Assembly: GCA_943372765.1 (NCBI GenBank)
Contig: CALRZY010000011.1
Coordinates: 7,412 to 71,411 of the forward strand
Direction: 5' to 3'
Source: Curvibacter sp. AEP1-3
GTDB taxonomy: Bacteria; Pseudomonadota; Gammaproteobacteria; Burkholderiales; Burkholderiaceae_C
DNA: 64,000 nucleotides
The position numbers were made by a program, and so were the translations under genes. Below are positions 1-9,708 of the stretch, in pieces. The first letter of the stretch is position 1. Each line of letters begins with the position of its first letter. The notes under the pieces were generated by a model. That model searched no databases. It had not been told where the DNA came from and saw only the letters and a list, made by a program, of their open reading frames with translations.

Positions 1-671
1 GCGGTGGTCAGCAACACCACGCTGTAGACCAGGTACCAGACGCTCAGGCGATCCCGGCTCAGGGCCACGAAAAGCAGCTGTAGCACGATGACCACCGCGA
101 AAATGCCGAAGAACACACCATAGGCCAGGGCTTCCCTGTCCGTCTGTTTCAGGTAACCGTCGGCCGAGTAGATGTGCAGGGCGTGGGAGGTGGGGTGCTG
201 GCTCTGCAGCCGCAGGTAGACGGTCTGGGTACCCGGCTGAAGTTGCAGGCGGAAGACCGGGTGACGCGCTGCCAGGGGCCAATCGGCCTGTTCCACCAGG
301 CGGCCGGCCCGCTGGACCTGCCAGCCACCCTGCGCCAGTGGCAGATGGAGCCTGGCCTCGTCGACCTGTGAGTCGTCGATGACCAGGCGCCAGTCGGATG
401 CGAAGCCCGGGTACTGGAACAGGGTCAGGCGCAGCCAGGTGGCCGAGCGGGTGAAGCCCTCATTGGGCATGCCGGGCAGGGCCGCCCAGCCCGGGGAGGC
501 CTGCACGTCCTGCAGCGTCATGCTGGCGCTCTCGTCCTCCAGCCATTCCAGATGGCCGGCCAGCGCAATGTCATCCTGGGTCGGGTCCAGCATCAGCGGC
601 CCTCGCGTCTGGGCCAGTGCCGTCATGGTCAGTAGCAAGGCGGCCAGCGCGGTGCAGCAGGATTTCCACAT
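1..671 (-). CDS. 7TMR-DISM-type membrane sensor, N-terminal part only (the gene continues beyond the window start)
   Basis: This ORF is absent from the ORF track because it runs off the window edge. There is a reverse-strand ATG at 669-671. My translation reads MWKSCCTALAALLLTMTALAQTRGPLMLDP...LHIYSADGYLKQTDREALAYGVFFGIFAVVIVLQLLFVALSRDRLSVWYLVYSVVLL. That gives a signal peptide, a periplasmic 7TMR-DISMED2-like domain and the first helices of a 7TM region. It is divergent from an OmpR-type regulator. Confidence 0.7.
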   Translation of the reverse strand, partial: MWKSCCTALAALLLTMTALAQTRGPLMLDPTQDDIALAGHLEWLEDESASMTLQDVQASPGWAALPGMPNEGFTRSATWLRLTLFQYPGFASDWRLVIDDSQVDEARLHLPLAQGGWQVQRAGRLVEQADWPLAARHPVFRLQLQPGTQTVYLRLQSQHPTSHALHIYSADGYLKQTDREALAYGVFFGIFAVVIVLQLLFVALSRDRLSVWYLVYSVVLLTT

Positions 672-735
672 GGGCTGCAACATACCATGGGGTTCCCCAG
701 GCATAAGGCCGGAACAGACGGGGATGTGACCGACT

Positions 736-753
736 GCTCAGATTCGCTCAGAT
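736..753 (+). promoter_or_regulatory. Direct repeat GCTCAGAT-N2-GCTCAGAT (10-bp register), a candidate OmpR-family binding site
   Basis: Read directly from the sequence: gctcagat at 736-743 and again at 746-753, about 30 bp upstream of the regulator ATG (785). OmpR/PhoB winged-helix regulators usually bind direct repeats spaced one helical turn apart. Function is not demonstrated. Confidence 0.3.
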
Positions 754-784
754 AAATCCCGGCGAGCTCTCCTACACTGGCAGG

Positions 785-1462
785 ATGGCCCAAGTGATCC
801 TGCTGGAAGACGAGCCCGTGTTGCGTGAGGAACTGACCGAGTTCCTCCAGGGCCATGGGCATGCCGTGACTGTGGCGAACACGGTGGCGGAGTTCATGCA
901 GCGTTTCAAGCCCCAACAGCATCAGGTGGCCGTGATCGACCGCGGCCTGCCCGACGGTGACGGCCTCGACCTGATCCTGCGCATGCGCCGCAACGGCCTG
1001 CGCCTGGGCGTCATCATCCTCACGGCGCGCGCTGGCAGCCAGGACAAGGTGGACGGCCTGATCGGCGGCGCTGATCATTACCTCCCCAAGACGACCGATC
1101 TCGGCGAGCTGGCTGCCACCATTGCCGCCCTGGCGCGCCGCCTGGACGTGCAGGAGCAGCCGCGCTGGCTGCTGCAGGCCTCGCCGCGCCAGCTCACGCC
1201 GCCGGACCAGCCGCCCATCACTCTTTCGGCCCAGGACTATCTGGTGCTCAAGGCCCTGGCCCTGGGTGGCGAGAGCGTTTCGCGCGAGGCCATCGTGCAG
1301 ACCCTGGGCGCAGACTATTTTGATTACGACATGCGCCGCCTCGACACCCAGATGCGTCGCCTGCGTCGCAAGGTCGAGGAAGCCTGCGGGCTGGAGCTGC
1401 CCGTGAGCACCTTGCGCGGCGTGGGCTACAGCTTTCATGCGCCGATCGAGGTCCGGCCGTGA
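785..1462 (+). CDS. OmpR/PhoB-family response regulator (receiver plus winged-helix DNA-binding domain)
   Basis: 225 aa. The receiver domain shows LLEDEP, the VAVIDRGLPDGDG phospho-acceptor region and a conserved Lys in YLPK. The C-terminal winged helix carries RRLDTQMRRLRRKV...LRGVGYSF. Confidence 0.9.
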   Translation: MAQVILLEDEPVLREELTEFLQGHGHAVTVANTVAEFMQRFKPQQHQVAVIDRGLPDGDGLDLILRMRRNGLRLGVIILTARAGSQDKVDGLIGGADHYLPKTTDLGELAATIAALARRLDVQEQPRWLLQASPRQLTPPDQPPITLSAQDYLVLKALALGGESVSREAIVQTLGADYFDYDMRRLDTQMRRLRRKVEEACGLELPVSTLRGVGYSFHAPIEVRP

Positions 1463-1599
1463 GGCTGCCGGGCTGGCCTTGGGTCGGTTCACGTTCCGGC
1501 CCGAGCCTGCCGATGCAGGCCGAAGCCGGGTAGTCGGTTCGTGGTGAAATTTTCAGCCAGGCCAGCCCTGGGCAAGCACAGAAGAAAGGTCGGACACCG

Positions 1600-2118
1600 A
1601 TGAACACTGCCCTCAAAGAACATACCTCGGCGGGCGCCAGCGCCTTGGCGCAGGGCCCGGGCGAATACCTGAGCTTCCGCCTGGGGGCGGAGGAATACGG
1701 CATCGGCATCCTCAAGGTGCAGGAGATCCGGGGTTTTGAAGCCTCCACCCGGATGGTCAACGCGCCGCCTTATGTGCTGGGTGTGCTCAATCTGCGCGGT
1801 GTGATCGTGCCCATTCTGGACATGCGCATCAAGTTCGGCATGGCCGAGGTGGTGTACGACAGCCAGACCGTGACCATCGTGCTCAACATCGGCGACCGGG
1901 TGGTCGGCATGGTGGTGGATGCGGTGTCCGACGTGGTGGCCCTGAAGGGCGAGGACATCAAGCCCGCACCCGAATTCAGCGGCGCCGTCTCGACAGCGCA
2001 GGTGATCGGCATCGCCACCGTGCAGCAGGGTGAGATGCAACGCATGCTGATCCTGCTGGACATCGAAAAACTCATGGGCAGCAGCGAGATGGGTTTGCTG
2101 GCCGCTTCCCCCGCCTGA
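1600..2118 (+). CDS. cheW: Chemotaxis coupling protein CheW
   Basis: 172 aa. The CheW-like domain reads [24 protein letters not shown]...[18 protein letters not shown]...[10 protein letters not shown]. Confidence 0.93.
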   Translation: MNTALKEHTSAGASALAQGPGEYLSFRLGAEEYGIGILKVQEIRGFEASTRMVNAPPYVLGVLNLRGVIVPILDMRIKFGMAEVVYDSQTVTIVLNIGDRVVGMVVDAVSDVVALKGEDIKPAPEFSGAVSTAQVIGIATVQQGEMQRMLILLDIEKLMGSSEMGLLAASPA

Positions 2119-2144
2119 CGACTGCACAACAAGAAGGACACGGT

Positions 2145-3869
2145 ATGAACTATCTGAACAACCTCAAGATCGGCACCCGTCTGGTCATCACGCTGGGCAT
2201 CCTCATCGCCATGATGGTGCTGGTGGGCCTGCAAAGCATCGCCAAATCGAGCTCGGTGGAAGCCAAGATGCGGGACATCACCGAGCGCCGTATCGCCATC
2301 ATCGAGGACGTGAACGAACTGCGGCTGGAAGTGAACCGCCAGGCGCGTTCCATCCGCAACATGGCGCTGTTCAGCAACCCGGAGCAGATCAAGGCCGAGC
2401 GCAACACGATCATGACATCGCGCAGCAAAAGCGCCGAAGTACGCACCCGGGTCGACGGCATGATCAAGGCGCCCAAGGGGCGCGAGATCATGGCGCGCAT
2501 CGGCGATACGGGCGGCAAGTTCCGTGAAGGTATCGACAAGTACTTTGCCCTGTTTGATGCCGGTCAGAAGGAGCAGGCGATCGACTACCTGCTCACAGGT
2601 TTGCGTCCCATCCAGCTGGCCTACCTGGCCGCCCTGAACGAGCAGGTCGAATTCCAGAAAGAGCTCACACACATGGCCAGCAAGGAGGCCGTGGGTGAAG
2701 TCAGCTCCCTGCAGATGACCATCTGGATCAGCACGGGGGTGGCCCTGGTCATTGCCATCGTGCTCGGCATCTGGATCGTGCGCTCCATCACCCGCCCCAT
2801 CAACCAGGCGGTGGAGGTGGCCCGCGCTGTGGCCGCTGGTGACCTGAGCATGAGCATCCGGGCGCAGAGCCAGGACGAGACGGGCCAACTGCTCCATGCC
2901 CTGGCCGAGATGCAGGGAGGCCTGGCCAAGGTGGTGGGTACGGTGCGCCAGGGTTCCGAATCGGTGGCCACGGCCAGCTCGCAGATTGCCCAGGGCAACC
3001 AGGACCTGTCGGCCCGAACCGAAAGCCAGGCCAGCGCGCTGGAGGAAACCGCGGCCTCGATGGAAGAGCTGTCGTCCACCGTCAAGCAGAACGCCGACAA
3101 CGCCAAGCAGGCCAACCAGCTGGCCCAGAGTGCGTCCAAGGTGGCCGTGCAGGGCGGCGAAGTGGTGGCCCTGGTGGTGGACACCATGAAGGGCATCAAT
3201 GATTCGAGCAAGAAGATCGCCGACATCATCAGTGTGATCGACGGCATCGCCTTCCAGACCAATATCCTGGCATTGAACGCCGCGGTGGAAGCCGCCCGCG
3301 CCGGTGAACAGGGCCGCGGTTTCGCCGTGGTGGCCAGCGAGGTGCGCAGCCTGGCGGGCCGCAGTGCCGAAGCCGCCAAGGAAATCAAGACGCTCATCAC
3401 CGACAGCGTGGAGCGGGTGGGCCAGGGCACAGCCCTGGTCGACCAGGCCGGTGCCACCATGAGTGAGGTGGTGGCCAGCATCCGTCGGGTGACGGACATC
3501 ATGGGCGAAATCAGCGCGGCCAGCTCGGAGCAGAGCCAGGGCGTGGCGCAGATCGGCGAGGCCGTGACACAGATGGACCAGGCCACGCAGCAGAACGCCG
3601 CCCTGGTGGAAGAGATGGCCGCGGCGGCCAGCAGCCTGCGCGGCCAGGCGCAGGACCTGGTGCAGGCCGTGGCCGTCTTCAAGCTCGGCCAGGGGGGCGA
3701 GTACGTTGCCGCTCGCCCGGCGGCGGCCGCTGTGCAGGCCCCCGCGTCCAGACCGGTGGCCCGTCCGGCTGCAGCGCGCCCCGCGCCCCGTGCGGCCTTG
3801 GGCAACACCGCGTCGACCCCGGTGGCCAAGCCCGCCGGCAGCGATGCCGGCGATTGGGAAAGCTTCTGA
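2145..3869 (+). CDS. Methyl-accepting chemotaxis protein (four-helix-bundle periplasmic domain, HAMP, signalling domain, C-terminal DWESF pentapeptide)
   Basis: 574 aa. It has two TM segments and a HAMP domain ([19 protein letters not shown]). The highly conserved hairpin reads [41 protein letters not shown] Pro/Ala-rich tail ends in GDWESF. Confidence 0.95.
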   Translation: MNYLNNLKIGTRLVITLGILIAMMVLVGLQSIAKSSSVEAKMRDITERRIAIIEDVNELRLEVNRQARSIRNMALFSNPEQIKAERNTIMTSRSKSAEVRTRVDGMIKAPKGREIMARIGDTGGKFREGIDKYFALFDAGQKEQAIDYLLTGLRPIQLAYLAALNEQVEFQKELTHMASKEAVGEVSSLQMTIWISTGVALVIAIVLGIWIVRSITRPINQAVEVARAVAAGDLSMSIRAQSQDETGQLLHALAEMQGGLAKVVGTVRQGSESVATASSQIAQGNQDLSARTESQASALEETAASMEELSSTVKQNADNAKQANQLAQSASKVAVQGGEVVALVVDTMKGINDSSKKIADIISVIDGIAFQTNILALNAAVEAARAGEQGRGFAVVASEVRSLAGRSAEAAKEIKTLITDSVERVGQGTALVDQAGATMSEVVASIRRVTDIMGEISAASSEQSQGVAQIGEAVTQMDQATQQNAALVEEMAAAASSLRGQAQDLVQAVAVFKLGQGGEYVAARPAAAAVQAPASRPVARPAAARPAPRAALGNTASTPVAKPAGSDAGDWESF

Positions 3870-3899
3870 CGCCCTGCGGCGGCAGGGAGCAGGAAGGCC

Positions 3900-6806
3900 A
3901 TGGGTACTGATCCCTTGACGCAAAGCAGTCGCCGCCTGGCCCTGGGGGTCAGTGCGCTTGCTGTACTGGCGCTGGTGGCCGTGCTGGCCTTGCCCAGCTT
4001 CAGCCTGTTCGTGCCCGGCAGCCCGGGCATGGTGATCACCCATCTGCTGTTGGAGCTGTTCTCCGTGCTGGTCGCGGTGCTGGTGGTGGTGATCGCCTGG
4101 CATGCCTTCTCGGTGGAAGACCGGCGCATCGCCAGCACCCTGATCTACGCCTTCACCGTGGTGGCCGGCGTGGACATCATCCACGCCCTCAGCTACGAGG
4201 GCATGCCGGCCTTCGGTAGCCCCAGCGGCACGGACAAGGCCATCTTTTTCTGGTTCATGGGCCGGGGCTTCGAGCTGCTGGCGGTCTGGCTGCTGGCCCT
4301 GCAGGTGAGCCTGCCCGGCAGGCGCTGGCACTGGCAGCTGGCGGGTGTGCTGACGGTCGCCGTGCTGTTTGCCATCGGCACCTGGCGCCTGGACTGGTTC
4401 CCGCAGACCTTCGTGGCCGGCCAGGGGGTCACCCCCTTCAAGGCCTATGTCGAATGGATGCTGTGCGCGGGCAACCTGCTGGCGGCCTGGTATTTCTGGC
4501 GGTCCGCGCAGCGCGAGGGTGGGGGCGCGCGTCATTACTACTTCGCGGCGGCCTGCCTGGTGATGGGCCTGGGCGAGCTGACCTTCACCAGCTATGTCGA
4601 CACCAGCGATTTCCTGGTGATCTTCGGCCATGTGTTCAAGGTGGTCTCCTACGCACTCATCTATGCGGCCACCTTCAAGCTGGGCATGCGCGAGCCCTAC
4701 GAACTGCTGCAGCGCTCTGAGCAGGCGCTGCGCAGCAAGCAGGCCGAGCTGGATGCCGTGCTGCGGCAGGTGCCGGCCGGGGTAGCCCGGCTGGACCGCG
4801 AGGGGCGCTACCGTTATGTCAACCGGCAGATGGCGCACATGCTGGGCTTGCCGCTGGAGCAGGTCGTGGGCCGGACCTTCGAAGAGGTGGTGGCGCCCGA
4901 GCGCCGGGCCGAGGTGAGCTACCGCTGGGGCCGTGCCATCACGGGGCAGATGACATCCTACGAGGGGCAGATGCGGGCCGACGGTGGCCAACCGCTCTAC
5001 AGCTCGGTCTCGATGGCGCCCGAGCAGGGGCCAGACGGCGACATCATCGGGGCCATTGCCGTGGCCATCGACACCACCGAGCTGCACCAGCTGCAGACGC
5101 AGCTCATGGACTCCCTGCATGAAGTGGCCGACCTGAAGACCGCGCTGGACGCGCACGCCATCGTGGCCATCACCGACGCGCGTGGTGTCATCACCAGCGC
5201 CAACGACCGCTTCTGCCAGATTTCCAAGTACAGCCGCGAGGAGCTGGTTGGCCAGACGCACAGCCTCATCAACTCCGGGCACCATCCCGCTTCCTTCTTC
5301 CACGAGCTCTGGCGCACGATTGCCGGTGGCCAGGTCTGGGTCGGCGATATCTGCAACCGCGCCAAGGACGGCAGCCTTTACTGGGTGCAGACCACCATCG
5401 TGCCCTACCTGGGCGAAGACGGCCGGCCGCTGCGTTACGTGGCCATCCGCGCCGACATCACCGAGCGCAAGCGGGTGGAGCAGAAGGTGGAGCAGATGGC
5501 CTACCAGGACGCGCTGACCGGCCTGCCCAACCGGCGCCTGCTGATGGACCGCCTGCAGCAGGCCCTGGTGGCCTCGGCCCGCAGCGGCCAGTTCGGTGCG
5601 CTGCTTTTCATGGACCTGGACCATTTCAAGGACGTCAACGACACACTGGGCCATGAGCAGGGTGATGAGCTGCTGAAACTGGTGGCGCAGCGGCTGCGCG
5701 CAGGTGTGCGCCAGATCGACACGGTGGCGCGCCTGGGCGGCGACGAATTTGTCGTGCTGCTGTCCGACCTGGGGGCCACCGAGGTCGAGGCCACCACCCA
5801 GGCCGGCCTGCTCGGCGAGGACATGCTGCGTATCCTCAGCGAGCCCTACCTGTTGGCGCGTTCCGAGGTGAACAGCACGCCCAGCATCGGCGTGGTGATG
5901 TACCAGGGCCACAGCCAGCGTGCCGAGGAACTGCTCAAGCAGGCCGACATTGCCCTGTACCAGGCCAAGGATGCGGGGCGTGCAACCCTGTGCTTCTTCG
6001 ACCCAGCCATCCAGAGTGCCTTCCAGAAACGCATGGCCATGGAAGCTGACCTGAGGGTGGCCCTGGCGCAGGGACAGTTCCAGATCTTCTACCAGCCCAT
6101 CATGAACGGCCAGCGCCTGACGGTGGCGGTGGAAGCGCTGTTGCGCTGGCGCCATCCGGCGCGCGGCATGGTGTCGCCGGGTGATTTCATTCCGCTGGCC
6201 GAAAAGACCGGCCTGATCGTGCCGATTGGCCTGTGGGTGATCGAACAGGCCTGCGAACAGCTCGCCAGCTGGCGGGAGGACCCGCAACGCAAGGGCTGGC
6301 AGATCGCCGTCAACGTGAGCGCGCGCCAGTTCCGTCAGCCTGACTTCGTGCCCCAGGTCATCGCCGCCATGGACCGCTGCAAGATCCTGCCTGGGCAACT
6401 GGAGCTGGAGATCACCGAGAGTTCGCTGCAGGACAACCTGCAGGACACGGTGCACAAGATGAAGCTGCTGCGCAGCCGCGGTGTGCGTTTTGCCATCGAC
6501 GACTTCGGCACTGGCTATTCCTCGCTCTCCTACCTCAAGGAACTGCCGATCCACGTGCTCAAGATCGACCGCGCCTTTGTCAGCCACGTGGACACCAGCG
6601 ATGACGACGTGGCCATCGCCAAGACCATCCTCTCCCTGGCCGCCCACCTGGGGCTGGACGTAGTGGCCGAGGGCGTGGAGACCGAGTCGCAGCTGGTCAC
6701 GTTGCGGGCCTACGGCTGCCATCTTTTCCAGGGCTACCTGCTGGGCTGGCCGGTGCCTGTCGAGGAGCTGGAGCGTGAACCTGTGCCGCAGGCGACCCTG
6801 TCATGA
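3900..6806 (+). CDS. Membrane sensor (MASE3-like domain) with two PAS domains, GGDEF and EAL: a bifunctional c-di-GMP cyclase/phosphodiesterase candidate
   Basis: 968 aa, with the ATG preceded by ggagcaggaagg. The N-terminal multi-TM domain contains HLLLELFSVLVAVLVVVIAWHAF. Two PAS/PAC modules follow. The GGDEF motif is intact (RLGGDEF) and RQID lies 5 residues upstream (an I-site). The EAL motifs [21 protein letters not shown] and EGVET are all present. Confidence 0.9.
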   Translation: MGTDPLTQSSRRLALGVSALAVLALVAVLALPSFSLFVPGSPGMVITHLLLELFSVLVAVLVVVIAWHAFSVEDRRIASTLIYAFTVVAGVDIIHALSYEGMPAFGSPSGTDKAIFFWFMGRGFELLAVWLLALQVSLPGRRWHWQLAGVLTVAVLFAIGTWRLDWFPQTFVAGQGVTPFKAYVEWMLCAGNLLAAWYFWRSAQREGGGARHYYFAAACLVMGLGELTFTSYVDTSDFLVIFGHVFKVVSYALIYAATFKLGMREPYELLQRSEQALRSKQAELDAVLRQVPAGVARLDREGRYRYVNRQMAHMLGLPLEQVVGRTFEEVVAPERRAEVSYRWGRAITGQMTSYEGQMRADGGQPLYSSVSMAPEQGPDGDIIGAIAVAIDTTELHQLQTQLMDSLHEVADLKTALDAHAIVAITDARGVITSANDRFCQISKYSREELVGQTHSLINSGHHPASFFHELWRTIAGGQVWVGDICNRAKDGSLYWVQTTIVPYLGEDGRPLRYVAIRADITERKRVEQKVEQMAYQDALTGLPNRRLLMDRLQQALVASARSGQFGALLFMDLDHFKDVNDTLGHEQGDELLKLVAQRLRAGVRQIDTVARLGGDEFVVLLSDLGATEVEATTQAGLLGEDMLRILSEPYLLARSEVNSTPSIGVVMYQGHSQRAEELLKQADIALYQAKDAGRATLCFFDPAIQSAFQKRMAMEADLRVALAQGQFQIFYQPIMNGQRLTVAVEALLRWRHPARGMVSPGDFIPLAEKTGLIVPIGLWVIEQACEQLASWREDPQRKGWQIAVNVSARQFRQPDFVPQVIAAMDRCKILPGQLELEITESSLQDNLQDTVHKMKLLRSRGVRFAIDDFGTGYSSLSYLKELPIHVLKIDRAFVSHVDTSDDDVAIAKTILSLAAHLGLDVVAEGVETESQLVTLRAYGCHLFQGYLLGWPVPVEELEREPVPQATLS

Positions 6807-7228
6807 AGCGTGACATCGCGGGCGTGAACTCGGGCGCGCTGGATCTGCTGCTGCGGCGAGTGCGCGAGGATATGGCGGCCCTGCGTCTGCCCACGGTGCC
6901 GCTGGTCGGCGCGTTGGTCAGCGGGGAGACGGCCTTGCCCCTCTGGTTTCGCGACTGGCTGCTGGCGGAGCTGGGCCGGCGCGCGCCGCTCGATGTAGTG
7001 AGCCCGGCGGCCGAGGCCGTGATGCGGCTGCGCGAGTTTGGCCGTTACGCCACCATGGACTTCGCCTTGCAGGAGATCGAGGCGCAGTACGCGCTGCTGC
7101 AGGCGCTCGGTCTGGTGGAGGAGATGTACCGGGCGGTCGATTTCATGACACAACTCTCGGAGCGGCTCGCGCAGCTGTCCGCCCAGGATCTGTCGGTAAA
7201 CCCCAAAGAAAGCGGTGACTCAACATGA
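6803..7228 (+). CDS. Hypothetical 141-aa cytoplasmic protein, no recognisable domain
   Basis: The ORF shows G/C-rich third codon positions like its neighbours. Its start overlaps the upstream stop (ATGA at 6803-6806) and its stop overlaps the downstream start (ATGA at 7225-7228). No TM segment or signal peptide is visible. It looks helical and acidic. Confidence 0.6.
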   Translation: MKRDIAGVNSGALDLLLRRVREDMAALRLPTVPLVGALVSGETALPLWFRDWLLAELGRRAPLDVVSPAAEAVMRLREFGRYATMDFALQEIEAQYALLQALGLVEEMYRAVDFMTQLSERLAQLSAQDLSVNPKESGDST

Positions 7229-8838
7229 GAGACAACCAGCCGGTGACCCAGAGAAACTACGACCTGTCGCCGGGCCAGACCCTGGTCTCGGTGACGGACC
7301 TGAAGGGGCGCATCACCTATTGCAATCCCGCCTTCATCGAGGTCAGCGGGTATGCGCGCGAGGAGCTGCTCGGCCAGCCGCACAATCTGGTGCGACACCC
7401 GGACATGCCGGAAGAGGCTTTTCGCGACATGTGGGACACCATCGAGGCTGGCCTGCCCTGGACCGGGCTGGTGAAGAACCGGCGCAAGAACGGCGATCAC
7501 TACTGGGTACAGGCCAATGCCACGCCCATGTTCGACGGTGACACCATCACCGGCTTCCTCTCGGTGCGCACGGCGCCGGATGCCCAGGCCGTCGCAGCGG
7601 CCGACGCGCTGTACGCCACCATGCGCCAGCAGTCCGCGGCCGGGCGCCAGGTGCTGGCCCTGCAGCGCGGGCAGCTGGTACGCCGTGACCTGCTGGGCGC
7701 CGTGCAGCGCGCCCTGAAACCCGACCTGGTCAGCAGCATGATCTCGATCCAGGTGCTCGCCATGCTGCTCGTGCTGGGGGCCGTGGCCGCGGGGCTGCCC
7801 ATGGGGCTCATCGTGCTGGTGGGCGTGCTGGCCACGGCGGCTGCCGCCTGGGGCATCTGGCGCATCACGCTGCGACCGCTGGACGCGCTACTGCTCGACA
7901 CCAACCGTCTGGCTTCCGGGGACATGTCCTTCCAGGTGCAGACCGGGCGCGCCGGCATCATCGGCCGGCTGCAGCAGGGCCTGATGCAGATGTCGGTCAA
8001 CCTGCGTACCGTGGTCAGTGATGTGAGGCAGGAAGTCGACCATGTGCGTACCGTGGTGGCTGAGATCGCCGCCGGCAACAACGACATGTCGGCACGCACC
8101 GAGTCCCAGGCCAGCAGCCTGGAGCAGACGGCCGCCTCGATGGAGGAGATCAACGGCACGGTGCAGCAGAGTGCAGCCTCGGCACGCCGCGGGGCCAGTC
8201 TGGCTTCCGAGACGTCGGAGGTGACGGTACGCAGCAACCAGGCCGTGACCGAGGTGTCGGCCACCATGGGCCAGATCACGGAGTCCTCCAAGCGGATCGG
8301 CGAGATCATCCATCTGATCGAGGGGGTGGCCTTCCAGACCAATATCCTGGCCTTGAATGCGGCCGTGGAGGCCGCGCGTGCGGGGGATGCCGGCCGCGGC
8401 TTCGCGGTAGTGGCGGCTGAAGTGCGCCTGCTGGCGCAGCGCACTGCGACTGCGGCGCGCGAGATCCGCCAGCTCATCAACGAATCGGGCGAACGCGTGC
8501 AGACCGGCAGCCAGCAGACCGGCCAGGCGCTGGAGCGCATGCAGGAGGCCCTGAAGGCCGTGGGCGCGGTCAGCACCGTGCTGGAAGAGGTGAGCACGGC
8601 CGCCAGCGAGCAGCAGACCGGGATTTCGCAGATCAACGAGGCGATCGCCCATATGGACACCATCACGCAGCAGAACGCGGCCATGGTCGAGGAGCTGGCG
8701 GCAGCCGCCAAATCGCTGCAGGGCCAGGTGGAGGAGGTGAGCAACTCCATGCGCCTTTTCCGACTGAGCCGTGGAGAACTCACGCTTTCGCAAATGGATG
8801 CGGTGAACCTGCGCCGTGAATTCAAGGCTTTGAACTAG
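7225..8838 (+). CDS. Aer-like PAS-domain methyl-accepting chemotaxis protein (aerotaxis/energy-taxis type)
   Basis: 537 aa. The N-terminal PAS domain is typical of Aer ([33 protein letters not shown]...[13 protein letters not shown]). It is followed by a membrane hairpin, a HAMP domain and an MCP signalling domain ([37 protein letters not shown]). Confidence 0.9.
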   Translation: MRDNQPVTQRNYDLSPGQTLVSVTDLKGRITYCNPAFIEVSGYAREELLGQPHNLVRHPDMPEEAFRDMWDTIEAGLPWTGLVKNRRKNGDHYWVQANATPMFDGDTITGFLSVRTAPDAQAVAAADALYATMRQQSAAGRQVLALQRGQLVRRDLLGAVQRALKPDLVSSMISIQVLAMLLVLGAVAAGLPMGLIVLVGVLATAAAAWGIWRITLRPLDALLLDTNRLASGDMSFQVQTGRAGIIGRLQQGLMQMSVNLRTVVSDVRQEVDHVRTVVAEIAAGNNDMSARTESQASSLEQTAASMEEINGTVQQSAASARRGASLASETSEVTVRSNQAVTEVSATMGQITESSKRIGEIIHLIEGVAFQTNILALNAAVEAARAGDAGRGFAVVAAEVRLLAQRTATAAREIRQLINESGERVQTGSQQTGQALERMQEALKAVGAVSTVLEEVSTAASEQQTGISQINEAIAHMDTITQQNAAMVEELAAAAKSLQGQVEEVSNSMRLFRLSRGELTLSQMDAVNLRREFKALN

Positions 8839-8880
8839 CATCAGCAACAGGCCATCCGGCCCTGAACAGACGAGCGTTGC

Positions 8881-9693
8881 ATGGACATTCTCAAGCGAAA
8901 CAATGTGTTGGTGATCGAGGCGCAGCAGCCGGACGCGCCGGTTCTGCTGTACGCCCACGGTTTTGGCTGCAACCAGCGCATGTGGCGCCACATCACGCCG
9001 GCCTTCGAGGGCACGCACCGCCAGGTGCTGTTTGATTACGTGGGCAGTGGCGAGTCGGATCTGGCCGCCTTCGATCCCCTCAGATACGCCCGCCTGGACG
9101 GTTATGCCCAGGATGTGCTGGATGTGTGCGATGCGCTGGGCATCGAAAGCGGCGTGCATTTCGTGGGGCACTCGGTCAGTGCCAGCATTGGCATGCTCGC
9201 GGCCATCGCACGGCCGGCCCTGTTCGACAGCCTGGTGCTGGTCGGGCCGTCACCCTGTTTCATCAACCACCCGCCTGACTACACGGGCGGCTTCGAGCGC
9301 AAGGACCTGGAAGGCCTGCTCGATCTCATGGACCACAACTACATGGGCTGGGCCAATTACCTGGCCCCCGTGGTGGCGGGCGAGCCGCAGAAGGACAGCC
9401 TGTCTGGTGAACTGTCGGACAGCTTCTGCTCGACCGACCCGGTGGTGGCCAGGCTCTTCGCGCAGGCCACCTTTTTTGCCGACAACCGCGCCGAGTTGCC
9501 GCGGGTGTCGCATCCCTGCCTGGTGCTGCAGCACCGCAACGATGCGCTGGCCCCGCTGTCGGTGGGCGACTACCTGCAGCGCCAGCTAAAGCACAGCACG
9601 CTGGAGGTGCTGGACGTGACGGGGCATTGTGCCCACATGAGCCATCCGCACCTGGTGGTGGAGGCTATGCAGCGTTATTTCTCCCGGACCTGA
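8881..9693 (+). CDS. Alpha/beta-hydrolase of the RsbQ / D14 / KAI2 type
   Basis: 270 aa. HGFGCNQRMW forms the oxyanion region and GHSVSASIG the nucleophile elbow (Ser98). An Asp lies in HRNDALAP and a His in GHCAHMSHP. The overall layout resembles B. subtilis RsbQ and the plant strigolactone/karrikin receptors. Confidence 0.8.
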   Translation: MDILKRNNVLVIEAQQPDAPVLLYAHGFGCNQRMWRHITPAFEGTHRQVLFDYVGSGESDLAAFDPLRYARLDGYAQDVLDVCDALGIESGVHFVGHSVSASIGMLAAIARPALFDSLVLVGPSPCFINHPPDYTGGFERKDLEGLLDLMDHNYMGWANYLAPVVAGEPQKDSLSGELSDSFCSTDPVVARLFAQATFFADNRAELPRVSHPCLVLQHRNDALAPLSVGDYLQRQLKHSTLEVLDVTGHCAHMSHPHLVVEAMQRYFSRT

Positions 9694-9708
9694 TTTCCGG
9701 ACTCATGC

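Noticed and set aside
1770-6722. A giant 1650-aa ORF on the minus strand spanning cheW, the MCP and the GGDEF-EAL gene.
   Set aside because: It lies antisense to three plus-strand genes that have unmistakable conserved domains. Its translation is low-complexity (Ala/Gly/Arg/His/Leu-rich) with no recognisable motif. Long stop-free antisense frames are expected in GC-rich genomes because G/C-rich third positions deplete stop codons on the opposite strand.
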